The notes: generated by a model not told the origin, from the letters alone. A stretch of 64,000 bases of DNA from Nitrososphaeria archaeon (GCA_050011875.1 JBEKIG010000005.1:1-64000), one strand, 5' to 3'; shown: positions 30,824-42,280, numbered from the stretch's first letter. Made by a program: numbers and translations.

Positions 30824-31656
30824 TAGAAACGAAGACAGTATGTATAGTAGGTCTTGGTGTGATTGGTTTTCCAACAGCACTACATATTTCAAAATATCAT
30901 AAAGTAATAGGATACGACATAAATCCAGAGAAAGTAAAAGATGCTTCTAATCACTTTTTCGCTACTACAGAATGGTCAGAAGTTCCAGAGTCAGATGTTT
31001 ATGTCGTGTGTGTGAATACTTGGTATAGAAACGGTAAACCTGACATGAGTGCAGTTGAATTGGTGTGCCAGAAAATATCGGAGAGCCTAATACGAAAGGC
31101 ATTGATTAGTATTGAAAGTACAGTTCTAGTTGGAACTACTCGTGGAATCTATGAAGATGTATTCAAGAGACAGCACTACGTTGCGAATTGTCCACATAGG
31201 CTTTGGGAACTTGGTACTCTGTCTTCAGAAGATATGAAAAGTTACGGAGTAAATCAACTCCGCATACTTGGAGCTGTTAATGAAGAAAGTTTGAAGATGT
31301 CAGAAGATTTCTTCCACTCCATTCACACACCTGTACAACTTGTTTCATCATCTGAAATTTCTGAGATGAGTAAGATTGTGGAGAACTCTTATCGGTACAT
31401 AGAGATAGCTTATGCAGAAGAACTTTCCATTACCTGTAAGAAATACAAACTGAACTTCAGTGAAGTACGTAAAGCTTGTAATACTCTTAAACGGGAAAAA
31501 GAAGGATGGCAAGTCCAGATTATGGAAGCTAGAGATGGTATTGGTGGCACATGTCTTCCTAAAGATATAGAGTATTTGAATTATCTAAGTAATCCCGGAG
31601 AATTACTTAAAGGCGCAATCAAAACAGACGAATATTATAGGAAGCTGCTTAAATGA
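30820..31656 (+). CDS. UDP-glucose/GDP-mannose (WecC-like) dehydrogenase family, lacking C-terminal domain
   Basis: VGLGVIG, IESTV..GTT, KIVENSYR, GGTCLPKD. Confidence 0.85.
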   Translation: MIETKTVCIVGLGVIGFPTALHISKYHKVIGYDINPEKVKDASNHFFATTEWSEVPESDVYVVCVNTWYRNGKPDMSAVELVCQKISESLIRKALISIESTVLVGTTRGIYEDVFKRQHYVANCPHRLWELGTLSSEDMKSYGVNQLRILGAVNEESLKMSEDFFHSIHTPVQLVSSSEISEMSKIVENSYRYIEIAYAEELSITCKKYKLNFSEVRKACNTLKREKEGWQVQIMEARDGIGGTCLPKDIEYLNYLSNPGELLKGAIKTDEYYRKLLK

Positions 31657-32933
31657 GCTTTTTCGGTATAAAGTCTAAAAGAGACATACTCTTCTGTTTT
31701 CTTATTTGGATTACAGGGCCGGTTATGCTAGTAGTGGCTTTTTTTCATTTAGTTAATCAGCCACATACTGGTATAATTAATTTAACTTTCTTAACTTATC
31801 CTGTTACTATCATTATAACGCTTATAATGTCAATTTCTGCTTTTTATGGAGTTTGGACTTTGTTCTTGAAAGAAAAATCATTTAAAGGACATTGTTTCAC
31901 AGGAAAATTCTCTGTTTTGATTGGAGCGAGAAACGAAGAAAAAGTAATTGCTAAATTACTTAGAAATATACTTGAACAGACATATAAGAACTTTGAAATT
32001 TTAGTAGTTTGCCACAACTGTAGTGACAGAACTTACGAAGTCGTAAGTCAGATAAAAGACGAACGGATTAAGCCTTTAGAGTTGAAAGATGCTCCTTTGG
32101 GAAAGAGTGTGGCTCTAAATTACGGAGCTAAATGTGCTACAGGTGAGGTGGTTGTGGTTTTTGATGCGGATAATAACATACCAGAGGATTTTCTAGAAAA
32201 GTTGACATATTATTTTCCGGATTATGATGCTGTACAGACAAAAATAGAAACGAAAAATCCTAAATTTAATCTTTTGACGAGACTTCAGGACTTAGAGTTC
32301 TTCGTGTTCACAGATATCTTTCAAAAATCTAGACAAGCATTAGGTTTAAATGCCTTACTTGGAGGGACTGGCGAAGCTGTGAAAAGAGAAGTTCTTGAAA
32401 AAGTGGGTTACTATGATGAATGGGCTTTCAGTGAAGATTTCGCACTTTGCACAAAACTAACAGTTAATCACTATAAAATCGGGTGGTGTACAGATACTTA
32501 CGTACTTGATGAAAAGACTCCTTGGTGGTCTGACTTTTTCAGACAGAGAGCACGGTGGACTAAAGGGCATTTTCAGCTAATTACTCGTTACTTGAAATAC
32601 TATTGGAACAGACCCTTAGATTTTCATTACCTCATAGCTCCAATTGCTGTTACATCGTCTTATCTTACTTTCTTTCTATGGATATGTTTCTTCTTGAAAC
32701 TGCCTATTGTAGCGTCTATGTTGCCTCTTCTGGTGTGGACGTCTCCTTGGGTAATATGGAACTTGACTATAGCTATAAGAATTTATAGAAAAAGAGGTTT
32801 AAAATCTTTAATGCTTTATCCGTTGCTATTTCTCTACTATTATCACTGGCTAGCAGTATTAGGATATCTTTGGAAAATTAAAACGTGGCCGAAGACTACA
32901 CATGGCTTCGAAAGCGAGGTAACGAAAATATGA
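31653..32933 (+). CDS. Processive GT2 glycosyltransferase (cellulose/PNAG-synthase-like)
   Basis: ARNEE, DAD, SED, QRARW; flanking TM segments. Confidence 0.92.
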   Translation: MSFFGIKSKRDILFCFLIWITGPVMLVVAFFHLVNQPHTGIINLTFLTYPVTIIITLIMSISAFYGVWTLFLKEKSFKGHCFTGKFSVLIGARNEEKVIAKLLRNILEQTYKNFEILVVCHNCSDRTYEVVSQIKDERIKPLELKDAPLGKSVALNYGAKCATGEVVVVFDADNNIPEDFLEKLTYYFPDYDAVQTKIETKNPKFNLLTRLQDLEFFVFTDIFQKSRQALGLNALLGGTGEAVKREVLEKVGYYDEWAFSEDFALCTKLTVNHYKIGWCTDTYVLDEKTPWWSDFFRQRARWTKGHFQLITRYLKYYWNRPLDFHYLIAPIAVTSSYLTFFLWICFFLKLPIVASMLPLLVWTSPWVIWNLTIAIRIYRKRGLKSLMLYPLLFLYYYHWLAVLGYLWKIKTWPKTTHGFESEVTKI

Positions 32934-33742
32934 AAAGAAAGTATATTTTAATTATAGCTTTAGCCACAATTATTTTCTTTTCAGAATATGCCATAATGGC
33001 ATCGTGGTTAGCTTCGATAACTTATAGTAGTGAGATTCAAGATGTTAATAATTTATATGACATAAGGTTCACTAATATACAATACTATAACGATTCTCTT
33101 TCGGACTCTAATGGTAACAGGGCATTTACTTGGGGAATAGAAGTTTGGAGTGGGTCTCCGAGTTCATATTTTACTCCTGGACAAGTTAACTTAACAGGGC
33201 ATTCCCTTAACGATGCTCTTGTACTAGCTATTCCTGACCCTATTGATAAACCCATAGTTACAGCTGGAGTTAGTTATACTCAAGCATTCGAAATAAAATT
33301 AGACAATGTTCAAGGACATGGCGTTAGATTAATTTATCAGTCATTCAACTCCTCTAATGCATATATTTGGCCCACACAAATCGTCTACGGAAAATGGGAG
33401 ACTGGCACTTCAGGCTGGCATACTATATACTTAACAGCTACTCCTATTAACGGAAGTGTGAGAGGAGATGTAATTTGCGAATTGTGGGGAACTGGAACAG
33501 TATATATCCGAAATCCAGAATTTCATATTACTACTATAGTTGATACACTTAATCAAATATCGATTCAAATATCGATTAATAGTATAACTCCGTGGATAGT
33601 TGCAGGTTTAGTAATAGTAATACTAAGTATGGCAATGATTTCGATATTATCACTTATAGTTGTACCTCTTCGTAGAAAGGAAAATGAATTATTAAGGCGT
33701 TTAAAACATCAGAAGATTACTGAATCAGGCGAAAATAGATGA
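32930..33742 (+). CDS. Membrane-anchored carbohydrate-binding (galactose-binding-like) protein
   Basis: GTSGWHTIYLTATP...GTGTVYI; ATGA overlap with GT2; TM at both ends. Confidence 0.65.
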   Translation: MKRKYILIIALATIIFFSEYAIMASWLASITYSSEIQDVNNLYDIRFTNIQYYNDSLSDSNGNRAFTWGIEVWSGSPSSYFTPGQVNLTGHSLNDALVLAIPDPIDKPIVTAGVSYTQAFEIKLDNVQGHGVRLIYQSFNSSNAYIWPTQIVYGKWETGTSGWHTIYLTATPINGSVRGDVICELWGTGTVYIRNPEFHITTIVDTLNQISIQISINSITPWIVAGLVIVILSMAMISILSLIVVPLRRKENELLRRLKHQKITESGENR

Positions 33743-34716
33743 AATCTAAGGAAATGACTTTTGCCATAGGTTTAGTTTTAGTTATGGCTATTATTACAGC
33801 TTCTAATAATTTTGTTTTTGCATTACAATCTAATCATACTACAATTTTAATCACTAATAATAGTGCATTTACATCTGTTAGCGGTGTCACTAGCGGTTCT
33901 GGAACTGCACTAAACCCGTACATTATCGAGAACCTATCGATAGACGCATCAGGAGCAAACGGGATTCAAATTCAAAACACGACTGTCTACTTCATAATCC
34001 GTAACTGTTTAGTCGAGAATGAAGGAACTAATTTTTACGGAATTTACTTAGATAACACAACTAACGGAGAAATTATGAATAACGTTTGCAATAACAATCA
34101 TATCGGCATCATCTTATCTAACTCATCATATGAAAATTTAACTAATAATGTTTGTAAGAACAACTATCTCGGAATCTATCTGGAGTCTTCATCCTACAAT
34201 AACTTGTCTAGTGATATTTGTGTCAGTAACAGTTATGGTATTAGCTTAGAAGATAACGTATCAAATAACAACATTATATATCATAATACTTGCTTGAACA
34301 ACGATGTTGATGGAATCTTTCTGAACTCGCCATCTTACAACAATTTAATCAATAACACTTGTAAGTATAATAAAAATGGTATCTATTTACTATCATCGTT
34401 ACACAATAATATGACTGCTAATATTTGTTCGTATAACTACTTATACGGTATTAAACTGGATAACTCTTCTTACAATACTTTATTTAAAAATACTTGCAAT
34501 AACAACCTTTATGAAAATAATATCCAACTAGACCAGTTTTCTATTGATAATGTTTTGTCTAACAACAATACAACTATGCCTCAAACAATCGTTTCGACAC
34601 CTACTCCAATCGCATTCAATCTCATCTTCACAAGTCTTGTTTTCTTACCATCGTTAGTCCTAATCGTACTGGTTTCCAATAAATTGTCGAAACGTAATAA
34701 AAAGGAGAATCAATGA
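33739..34716 (+). CDS. NosD/pectin-lyase-like right-handed beta-helix protein
   Basis: GSGTALNPYIIENL; repeated GIYL.SSSYNNL.NN.C. Confidence 0.9.
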   Translation: MKSKEMTFAIGLVLVMAIITASNNFVFALQSNHTTILITNNSAFTSVSGVTSGSGTALNPYIIENLSIDASGANGIQIQNTTVYFIIRNCLVENEGTNFYGIYLDNTTNGEIMNNVCNNNHIGIILSNSSYENLTNNVCKNNYLGIYLESSSYNNLSSDICVSNSYGISLEDNVSNNNIIYHNTCLNNDVDGIFLNSPSYNNLINNTCKYNKNGIYLLSSLHNNMTANICSYNYLYGIKLDNSSYNTLFKNTCNNNLYENNIQLDQFSIDNVLSNNNTTMPQTIVSTPTPIAFNLIFTSLVFLPSLVLIVLVSNKLSKRNKKENQ

Positions 34717-34717
34717 T

Positions 34718-35818
34718 ATGATATCAATTATTTTAGGAACTCGTCCAGAGATTGTTAAGTTCTCTTCAATCATTCGAGAATGTGAACGTCTGAACCTAGA
34801 TTATTTCATACTCCACACTGGTCAACACTATTCTTACGATATGGATAAAGTCTTCTTTGAACAATTGGAACTTCCAGAACCTAAATACAATCTAGGTACT
34901 GGTTCAGGAACTCATGCAGAACAGACTGGAAAGATGATGATTGAAATAGAAAAGGTTCTGAAGAGAGAATCTCCAAACATCGTCTTGGTGCTAGGGGATA
35001 CTAATACGGCTTTGGCTGGAGCTTTAGTTGCCACAAAACTTGGTATAAAAGTTGGGCATATAGAAGCTGGACTGAGAAGTTATGATCGTACTATGCCAGA
35101 GGAAATTAACAGGATATTAGTTGACCACTGCTCGGATTACTTATTCACTCCAACTGAAAAGGCTAGTAATATATTGCTTAACGAAGGTATCCCAAAAGAT
35201 AAAATCTTCATGACTGGAAACACGATTGTAGATGCGGTTTACCAGAATCTTGGATTAGCAGAGAAGAAAGCTGAAGTCCTCAACAAACTGAACTTATCAA
35301 AACACAGTTACTTCTTAGCTACTATTCACAGACAAGAAAATGTTGACAACAAGTCTAGGTTCGAGAACATATTAAAAGGTCTCGATAGAGTTAGTGAACG
35401 TTTCGATATACCAATTTTCTATGCTATCCATCCAAGAGCTAAGAAACAAATGGAAGTGTTCGGTCTTAAATCAGATAAAATAAACTTTATCGAGCCACTG
35501 GATTACTTGAACTTTCTTTATATGGAGAGTAAAGCTAAACTAGTGTTGACCGACTCTGGAGGAGTCCAAGAAGAGACTTGCATATTAAATGTTCCATGCG
35601 TAACTTTGAGGAATAATACTGAGAGACCTGAAACTTTAGAAGTTGAATCTAGTATCCTATCTGGAACTAATCCTAAAGACATAGTTAATAAAGTAGAGTT
35701 TATGCTGAAGAAAGATATTAAGTGGAAAAATCCCTTCGGTGATGGGAATGCTGGAGCAAAGATAATTAAAATTTTATTGTTAAATAAGTTTATTGTTATT
35801 AAAAAGATTGCGGATTGA
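34718..35818 (+). CDS. wecB: UDP-N-acetylglucosamine 2-epimerase (non-hydrolysing)
   Basis: GTRPEIVK, HTGQHY, GDTNT, HIEAGLRS, MPEEINR, TDSGGVQEE, NPFGDG. Confidence 0.95.
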   Translation: MISIILGTRPEIVKFSSIIRECERLNLDYFILHTGQHYSYDMDKVFFEQLELPEPKYNLGTGSGTHAEQTGKMMIEIEKVLKRESPNIVLVLGDTNTALAGALVATKLGIKVGHIEAGLRSYDRTMPEEINRILVDHCSDYLFTPTEKASNILLNEGIPKDKIFMTGNTIVDAVYQNLGLAEKKAEVLNKLNLSKHSYFLATIHRQENVDNKSRFENILKGLDRVSERFDIPIFYAIHPRAKKQMEVFGLKSDKINFIEPLDYLNFLYMESKAKLVLTDSGGVQEETCILNVPCVTLRNNTERPETLEVESSILSGTNPKDIVNKVEFMLKKDIKWKNPFGDGNAGAKIIKILLLNKFIVIKKIAD

Positions 35819-36058
35819 CAAGGTAAATTGAATGATAGGGAGAATTATTAAAGTGACCAATACAGGTGCTACAGTTTTCTTATATCCAGATGGAGAAGGT
35901 GCAGGTAACATACGGTAGAAAACTTCGTCAAACAATACTATCTTGTTGCCAGACGCGTCAATGTTGGTACTATTAATATGTCACAAATCTCAGATAGATT
36001 TTCACTCCCTTGCTATACAATGCAGAACACTACGACTTTTTCAGATTTTTAGCAAATC

Positions 36059-36265
36059 GTGAACCAAGCTAACAATTCAACAGTCGTCATAATATACTAT
36101 CATAAAATTGATAAGAATCAACATGGTGCTGGATACGCAAATGTCGTTAATGAAGATGAAGATTCAGTAGTTGAAGGTATAGTCTATGAGATAGATGAAA
36201 ATGACCTCCATGAGCTTATAGATTGCGCTCAGAAACTCCAACTAAAAAGACTGAGAACCAGATAA
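36059..36265 (+). pseudogene. Gamma-glutamylcyclotransferase-like fragment
   Basis: GYANVV....SVVEGIVYEI. Confidence 0.55.
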
Positions 36266-36430
36266 AATAAGTATTAGCTAAATTCATGAACGATTCTGTT
36301 GCCAATCAACTTCATAACCTTCTCAATAGAGCAAGTGTTTTATACTTAGATGGATTCAAATCTATTCCTAGTTAAAAAAGTAAGGTCTGACCGTTTCAAT
36401 TAACTCTTTCGCACGGTCAGAAAACTAGGC

Positions 36431-36457
36431 GTTTGACATAATCCTTTTATCGGGCCT
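36431..36457 (-). other. dif/Xer-like site
   Basis: Reverse strand AGGCCCGATAA-aagga-TTATGTCAAAC; arms resemble E. coli dif but spacer is 5 bp, not 6. Confidence 0.4.
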
Positions 36458-36590
36458 GGGCGCCACCTCTTTCCGTTTATATCCCTTCCTCCGCTTTTTA
36501 AGCCCTCAAGCTACTTCACTGGCAGGCAATACCTTTATCCGAATCGCAAATATTTTACTGGATACTTTTTACCCAATTAATTAGAATGAA

Positions 36591-37412
36591 TCATATTAAG
36601 CTTAGCACCTTGTTTCTTTTCTTAATTAACAGAAATCCCAGCGTAACTAAAAGTATTATTAGAAGCACTATGACAGCGCTGTACTGAGACAGCAAAACTA
36701 TAATCAAGGATAGTTTGTCAATAGGCAATATTTCTCCACCAACTTGGTTTGAAGGATCCACTGCAAAAGACACTTGATAGTTCTGTGTGGTTGAGGTAGT
36801 TGTTGTAGGAGTAGTAGTTGTTGTCGACGTTGTAGTAGTTGTTGAAGTTTGAGTTATTGTTGAGGTAGTTGTCGAAGTTGTTGACCAATATATTGCCCAA
36901 GTATCAGGCATGGAATTTAATTTATTCCAAATAGAGAGAGTTTCATTATTAACATAGGAGTAATTTCCAGTAAGGACGTTGTTTACGTAAACCTTTTGTG
37001 GATTTCCTTGATTTCCGCACTATACTTTAATAAGATAGCTACTTCCGCTTGATCCGGTTACATTAAATTCTGCTACGTTAAATCCGGATATGCTATATAA
37101 TGAAATGATAACTAAATTATTAGCCGTCTCCCACCCTATATTAGGCGAATACGCATTACCGGTTGAAAGGGTCCAAAAATCTATCGCATCACTATCACCG
37201 TACGTTAAATTGTCGAAGTAAATAGTGGGGACGGAAAAATGAACTTGAGCACCGTTACCTAATTGAAAATAATAAGTTGAAGTATCTAAACTATAAAGAT
37301 AACTTGAATCAGCATAAACCAAAGAAAAAGGAATTGATAATAAAAAAACAGATGAGAGTAATAGTGCAATTATAATATTTCTTTTTTTTGGGTTAAGATA
37401 GCAAATTTGCAT
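36591..37412 (-). pseudogene. Secreted Thr-rich anchored protein interrupted by one in-frame TAG (37020-37022)
   Basis: YLIKV*CGNQGNPQKVYVN... reads in frame into 36911; C-terminal VGGEILP + TM. Confidence 0.75.
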
Positions 37413-37549
37413 TTTATTACCTCATATCAACCGCTAACCTGATAAACAGAAACTGCTGGTGCAGCGGTGAAAGCTTCGAAATTTATGTGCATTCCTTGAC
37501 TAGACCTAAATGCTGAAAGTGATGTAAGACCTGATGCTAGTTGATAACA

Positions 37550-37846
37550 TTACCAGACGTTGGAGGCAAGATCACTCGTTTTAACCCGAGCCGAAGCGAG
37601 AACAGTGTTACCTAGGTTGCAGCAGACATCGATGTACACGACGTCACTGGAACTTATATTGGATGAAACCTTGAGTTTGAAGAATGCCGTATACTGTCTA
37701 CCCAACATGCTTCCACCCCCCTGCTCAGTACTGATGTGCGGTCCATACAGCATCGCACCATTCGCAGAAGAAGGATCGCTTACCTTCACCCACGAGCTGC
37801 CTGACTGAGGTTTATTTGACGCAGCCTCAGAGTACACGGTCGTCAT
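37550..37846 (-). pseudogene. Decayed C-terminal domain of the 37847-39982 gene
   Basis: In frame after the TAG; homologous to the C-terminus of 60937-63165 but with a deletion and an early TAA. Confidence 0.8.
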
Positions 37847-39982
37847 CTAAGACGGACCTACTGCCACGATAGTATAGGTGTCACCATCGCCAGGGTTGTT
37901 CACGAACCCGTCACCGTTCGTGTCATTCCATTTGACGATGACCCAGCTGTACGGGTAGGAGGCTAAGTTGGGGTATATCATGGTGTTAAAGTACTTACCC
38001 GCAGCATACGTGCCCTTCCAGCCAAAGCCATAACATAGCATCACAGGCCTGTTGCTAGCATCTTTGTAAACCTCTATGACGAACATGTCCTGTCCTTGGT
38101 TTATGATTGAAGAAGGTAAGCTGGCTCCTGGTATTGTTGATCCGTTCCAAAGTTGGAAGCTGTCAGTTTGTGATACAGAGTCGTAGTGGAATCTGATTGG
38201 GGCTCTATCCTGCAGGGGTGTCGAATCGATCTCAGCATATTTCACCACAGGGTTCACGTATTGGCCGCCGAAGCTGATGATTCCAGTACCTGAATTGCCG
38301 ATCGCTCTACCTGTGCTCTGGTTCACGAACATACTTTCCGTATCCAAACCTTCAGTATAATTACCAAGCTTCGTCGAAATAGCCATCGAAGCCAGCCAGT
38401 CGCTCACGGAAGCAGCCCCACAACCTAGAGGCTTCGTTGTACTGTTCGAAGGATAAATCATGCTTACATTGCTTTCAGCGAACATCGAATCGAAGTCAGA
38501 AATAGTCATCTTAGTAGTTGTTGAAGTGGTTGTAGTTGTTGTACTCGTCCAAGAAGCGACTTCAGTTATAGGATTATTCATGGTAGCTGACTCAGATATT
38601 GCCAAACCAGTGTAACTTTCAGTTCCTGAGCCAGCCCAAGAAGTGAAAGTGTATCCTGATGATGGGGTTGTTACATTAAATGAAGCAGATGTTCCTGAAT
38701 TATACCACCCCTGCCCAGTTGGAGAACCATGAGCTGAAGATACTGTTAGATAATATTGAGTTGTGGAAGCAAACTGAATAGTATGAGCTACATTCATAGT
38801 TATACTAGGTGTCATAAGATTTCCAGAAGTCTGTAACGTAGGATTCTGATTGTTGGTTGGTGCTTCAGAAGGAGTATTAGTTATGGTCATGTTAGCCCAA
38901 TACGTTAATGAAGATTCATCATACATTACTACTGCTCCAGATGCTAACTGAGGAGACATGGTTGTATCTACGTAGTTTATTACTTCTGTTCCGTTCAGCC
39001 AAAATTGTATATGGTTTCCGACAGCGCTAATCTGATAATCTGTCCAGTCGCCTAATGTAAACGTCGGCCCTGAACTGGTAGTATAACAATAAAGCTGAGT
39101 TAGGTTCCCTTGATATTTCCCTAATTCTAAATCATTATTTGCAAACAGAACGTAATAGAAATTCTCGCTGTTAGTATATCTGAAGAATACCCAAGCTACT
39201 TCCCATGGGTTCGGAGCACTATTTTGACGTAGCTGTGAAGCAGTGTTTACTTCTACGTTGGCTGTAAAGTTTGCATAATTCAGAGTAGTAGCTACTAAAC
39301 CTGCATGTCCTACAGAAGGGCTGGTTGGTGCTTGTGGTTCTATGAAGAAAACATTTTTACCATTTACAGTTGTAACTCCTGTCTCTCCATAGCCAGCATA
39401 CTGACAAGTCCACAATCCATTAGAAGATGTTTGACCGTCAACTATATTATAGGTTGCACCGGCAAAATTGTCGATTAAGTTCTGGCTAGTGCCATCTAGT
39501 TCATAATTTGTTATAGCTGTTCTCGATTGTCCCGCAACAGTATTCCAAACCCAGTTAGAAGAAGCATTTGCAGTAGCTCCTGCATTATACCAGCCTTGAC
39601 CAGATTCGCTGTTTCCTCCAGTCACAGTTAAGTAATATTGAAGCTGATAATTAGCTGTAACAGTAGCATTACTACTTGGAACTGTATAAGTTTGAGTTTG
39701 AGAGCCATCGTTACTCCAACTAGTGTAGACGTACTGCTCTTGGTTGACTACAACTGTATTTGATTTCGCATATAGTGCATGTGTACTGCCAATAGTCCAA
39801 GAGAAAGTGTTTGGCGTAGTTATAAGATTACCATCTACATATATTAGCCCACTTCCTACTGGGCTGTCAGTTATCGTTATAGAAACGAGAGATGTGGCAT
39901 GAACTCTTATTGACACCGTTGCGAAAAGAGCCACTGCAAAAAGAACTACTAATAAAGAAATGAATCTGGGTTTACCCTTCAC
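37847..39982 (-). CDS. Modular surface protein: InlB-B-like repeats, DUF1080/LamG-like domain, S-layer-like C-terminal domain
   Basis: QYYLTV...GQGWYN repeats; NPWEVAWVFFRY; C-terminal domain shared with 60937-63165. Confidence 0.8.
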   Translation of the reverse strand: MKGKPRFISLLVVLFAVALFATVSIRVHATSLVSITITDSPVGSGLIYVDGNLITTPNTFSWTIGSTHALYAKSNTVVVNQEQYVYTSWSNDGSQTQTYTVPSSNATVTANYQLQYYLTVTGGNSESGQGWYNAGATANASSNWVWNTVAGQSRTAITNYELDGTSQNLIDNFAGATYNIVDGQTSSNGLWTCQYAGYGETGVTTVNGKNVFFIEPQAPTSPSVGHAGLVATTLNYANFTANVEVNTASQLRQNSAPNPWEVAWVFFRYTNSENFYYVLFANNDLELGKYQGNLTQLYCYTTSSGPTFTLGDWTDYQISAVGNHIQFWLNGTEVINYVDTTMSPQLASGAVVMYDESSLTYWANMTITNTPSEAPTNNQNPTLQTSGNLMTPSITMNVAHTIQFASTTQYYLTVSSAHGSPTGQGWYNSGTSASFNVTTPSSGYTFTSWAGSGTESYTGLAISESATMNNPITEVASWTSTTTTTTSTTTKMTISDFDSMFAESNVSMIYPSNSTTKPLGCGAASVSDWLASMAISTKLGNYTEGLDTESMFVNQSTGRAIGNSGTGIISFGGQYVNPVVKYAEIDSTPLQDRAPIRFHYDSVSQTDSFQLWNGSTIPGASLPSSIINQGQDMFVIEVYKDASNRPVMLCYGFGWKGTYAAGKYFNTMIYPNLASYPYSWVIVKWNDTNGDGFVNNPGDGDTYTIVAVGPS

Positions 39983-40374
39983 TATTATCGAAATGGGATT
40001 AACTTAAAGCAGTTAATAAAGCTTATCATGTTTATATAATAGAATTAATTTACTATGTTACTCATAGCACGTTTAAAATACACCGTTTTATTCATAAAAA
40101 TCACGACCTTCTTTCTTTTTCATTCCCAAATAGTTTTTTATCTCTACCGTCAACGTCTTCAAAGTCAATATCTTGGTCTAATACGTTCCCATCATCGGGC
40201 CCATCGTTAACCATATGAAAACCTGCAAATTGGTCTGGTGACATCTGCTGTGATAACTCATCCACAACCTTTTGAAGCGTCAATATACTTTTAGATAATT
40301 AAATACATATTGCGAGTTTAAGAGAGACTTTTTAATATTATGCAGTTTATTATATATAATTGTCGAGTGAAAGT

Positions 40375-40725
40375 TTACCTGTGGCTATGTCGTTCCGCTC
40401 CCTTTTTGCCTCGGTTGATCACTAGGATGCTGGTGAAGCACACCACCAACGCTGTGAAAACAATTATCGGCAGAAGTGTGACGTTAACGCTACTCACTTT
40501 AGGTGGTGTAGACGTTGAGGTTGTAGATGCTATTGTAAGCGGGGGAACATAGACACCTCCACCAGACGGAGCTGAAGAAGTTGAAGTTGTTGTGGCTGTA
40601 GTCGTTGAGGTAGTTGTTGTCGGAACAGTTGTAGTCGTGGTTGAAGTAGTTGTGGATGAAGGGGTTGGAGTTGAGCTGTAAACGTAGGGCAGAACCATCT
40701 TGTCGAGTTTTGGCGTCTCCATCAT
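40375..40725 (-). pseudogene. C-terminal fragment of a Thr-rich anchored surface protein
   Basis: Thr linker + TM + basic tail, no signal peptide. Confidence 0.55.
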
Positions 40726-40829
40726 CCGTGGAGTTGCGTCTCTGGGGGTATCAACGTATGAGGATTTCTACGAATCATGACCAGAAATGTTTGCTCAAGT
40801 CTCTTTCTGATGCCCTGCACTCTTCTTCA

Positions 40830-41339
40830 TACCTATTCGGAAGCTTAAGCGTGTGGAATCTAATAATCAGCCAAGGAAGGACAGAGGTCTACATGAAACT
40901 AAATCTTATATCTGTAGCATTAGGTCTTCCCCTAGGCTTAGTATTGATTCCTAGGCTTGGAATAATCGGCTTAGTCGTAACAGCGCTCATAGACGGAATA
41001 CCAAGCCTGATCGCGATGCTCTGGTACGTTGGAAGGCATTATGCAGCAACAGTAGACTGGGTGTCTTCAACAAAAATACTTTCAGCCTCCACAATCTCCG
41101 CCCTAGCCGCATACCTCATCTTATCCCAGCTGTCTCTTCCAAGCTGGATGGAACTTATCATCGGAGCCACAGTCTTTCTAACAGCATACATAACAGTAGC
41201 CTCACTCATAGGAGCAGTAAACAGGACAGACATCGAAAACATAAAAGAGATGCTGAAAGAACTTGGCCCATTATCAAAGTTGCTCAGCCCACCATTAAAC
41301 CTCATCGAAAAACGGATGCTGAAAATCCATAAGACTTGA
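40830..41339 (+). pseudogene. Polysaccharide flippase C-terminal fragment
   Basis: LIISQGRT...LIPRLGIIGL; N-terminal part missing. Confidence 0.7.
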
Positions 41340-41477
41340 CACAAAGCGCGCACGCAGCCCCACAAAGCACAGAAACTAAGCTTCTTTATTATGGCGTTGG
41401 TTATGGCAAATCAAAGGGCACCTTCATTATCCCCATTTCTGACATTTTCACCCCAACCCCTTAAAGACCGTTAAAGA

Positions 41478-41950
41478 ACTCGTAACTCGTAAATTTACGC
41501 GCACATATCAGTTTAACTGGGAAAAGAGGGAAACAAGCGTAAAATAAAGGTAAGTGCCTTAAACTGCTTCATGCAATTACGGAAAGCTTGGCGTAATTTA
41601 CGCCATTTACGACACTTTACGACAGCGTAAAAAGTTTACGTGTTTTACGTAATTACGGCATTTTACGCAGCGTAAAAAAAAGTTTTACGACATTTTACGA
41701 TCTTTACGACGATTTTACGGGGCGTAAAATATGGGTTTACGATGTTCTATGTGCGCGTAAAAGTCATTTTACGGCGACGTAAAAAAAAGTTTACGATGAT
41801 TTTACGACATTTTACGGCGACGTAAAAAAAAGTTTACGATGATTTTACGAGGTCGTAAAGGCTCTTACGGGAATTTACGGGACGTAAAAGACTGGGTTAC
41901 GGTATTTTGTATGCTCGTAAAAATCATTTTACGGGCCAGTTTACGGGAAA
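41478..41950. repeat. Dense helically phased TTACG/CGTAA array with a perfect 43-bp tandem duplication
   Basis: About 25 TTACG and about 14 CGTAA by hand count; 41765-41807 equals 41808-41850. Confidence 0.95.
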
Positions 41951-42280
41951 TTTTATGGTCGATAAAAAAAGTTTATAGGATTTTATGGGACTATAGGCTT
42001 TAGGTTATAAAGGCTCTGATTTAACTAAACCTATTAGATGAGCCTTACTTTTTTTTGATTATTTATCTTAAACTTATAATCTTCTGAACTGCTCCCTAGT
42101 CGAGCCTCTATATCTTTTTGTTTATCCCGACAAGTTGACAGAATCCTATAAACTATAAAATAAAGGCGCTTAAGAGTTTAGCTGGGAACAGAGGGTAAAT
42201 AGGGGAAAATATAGGAAACTGTTAAGAACGCTTCATGGGGTTAAGCACTTTAATAAGGGAATAAAAAAGGTATGCACATG

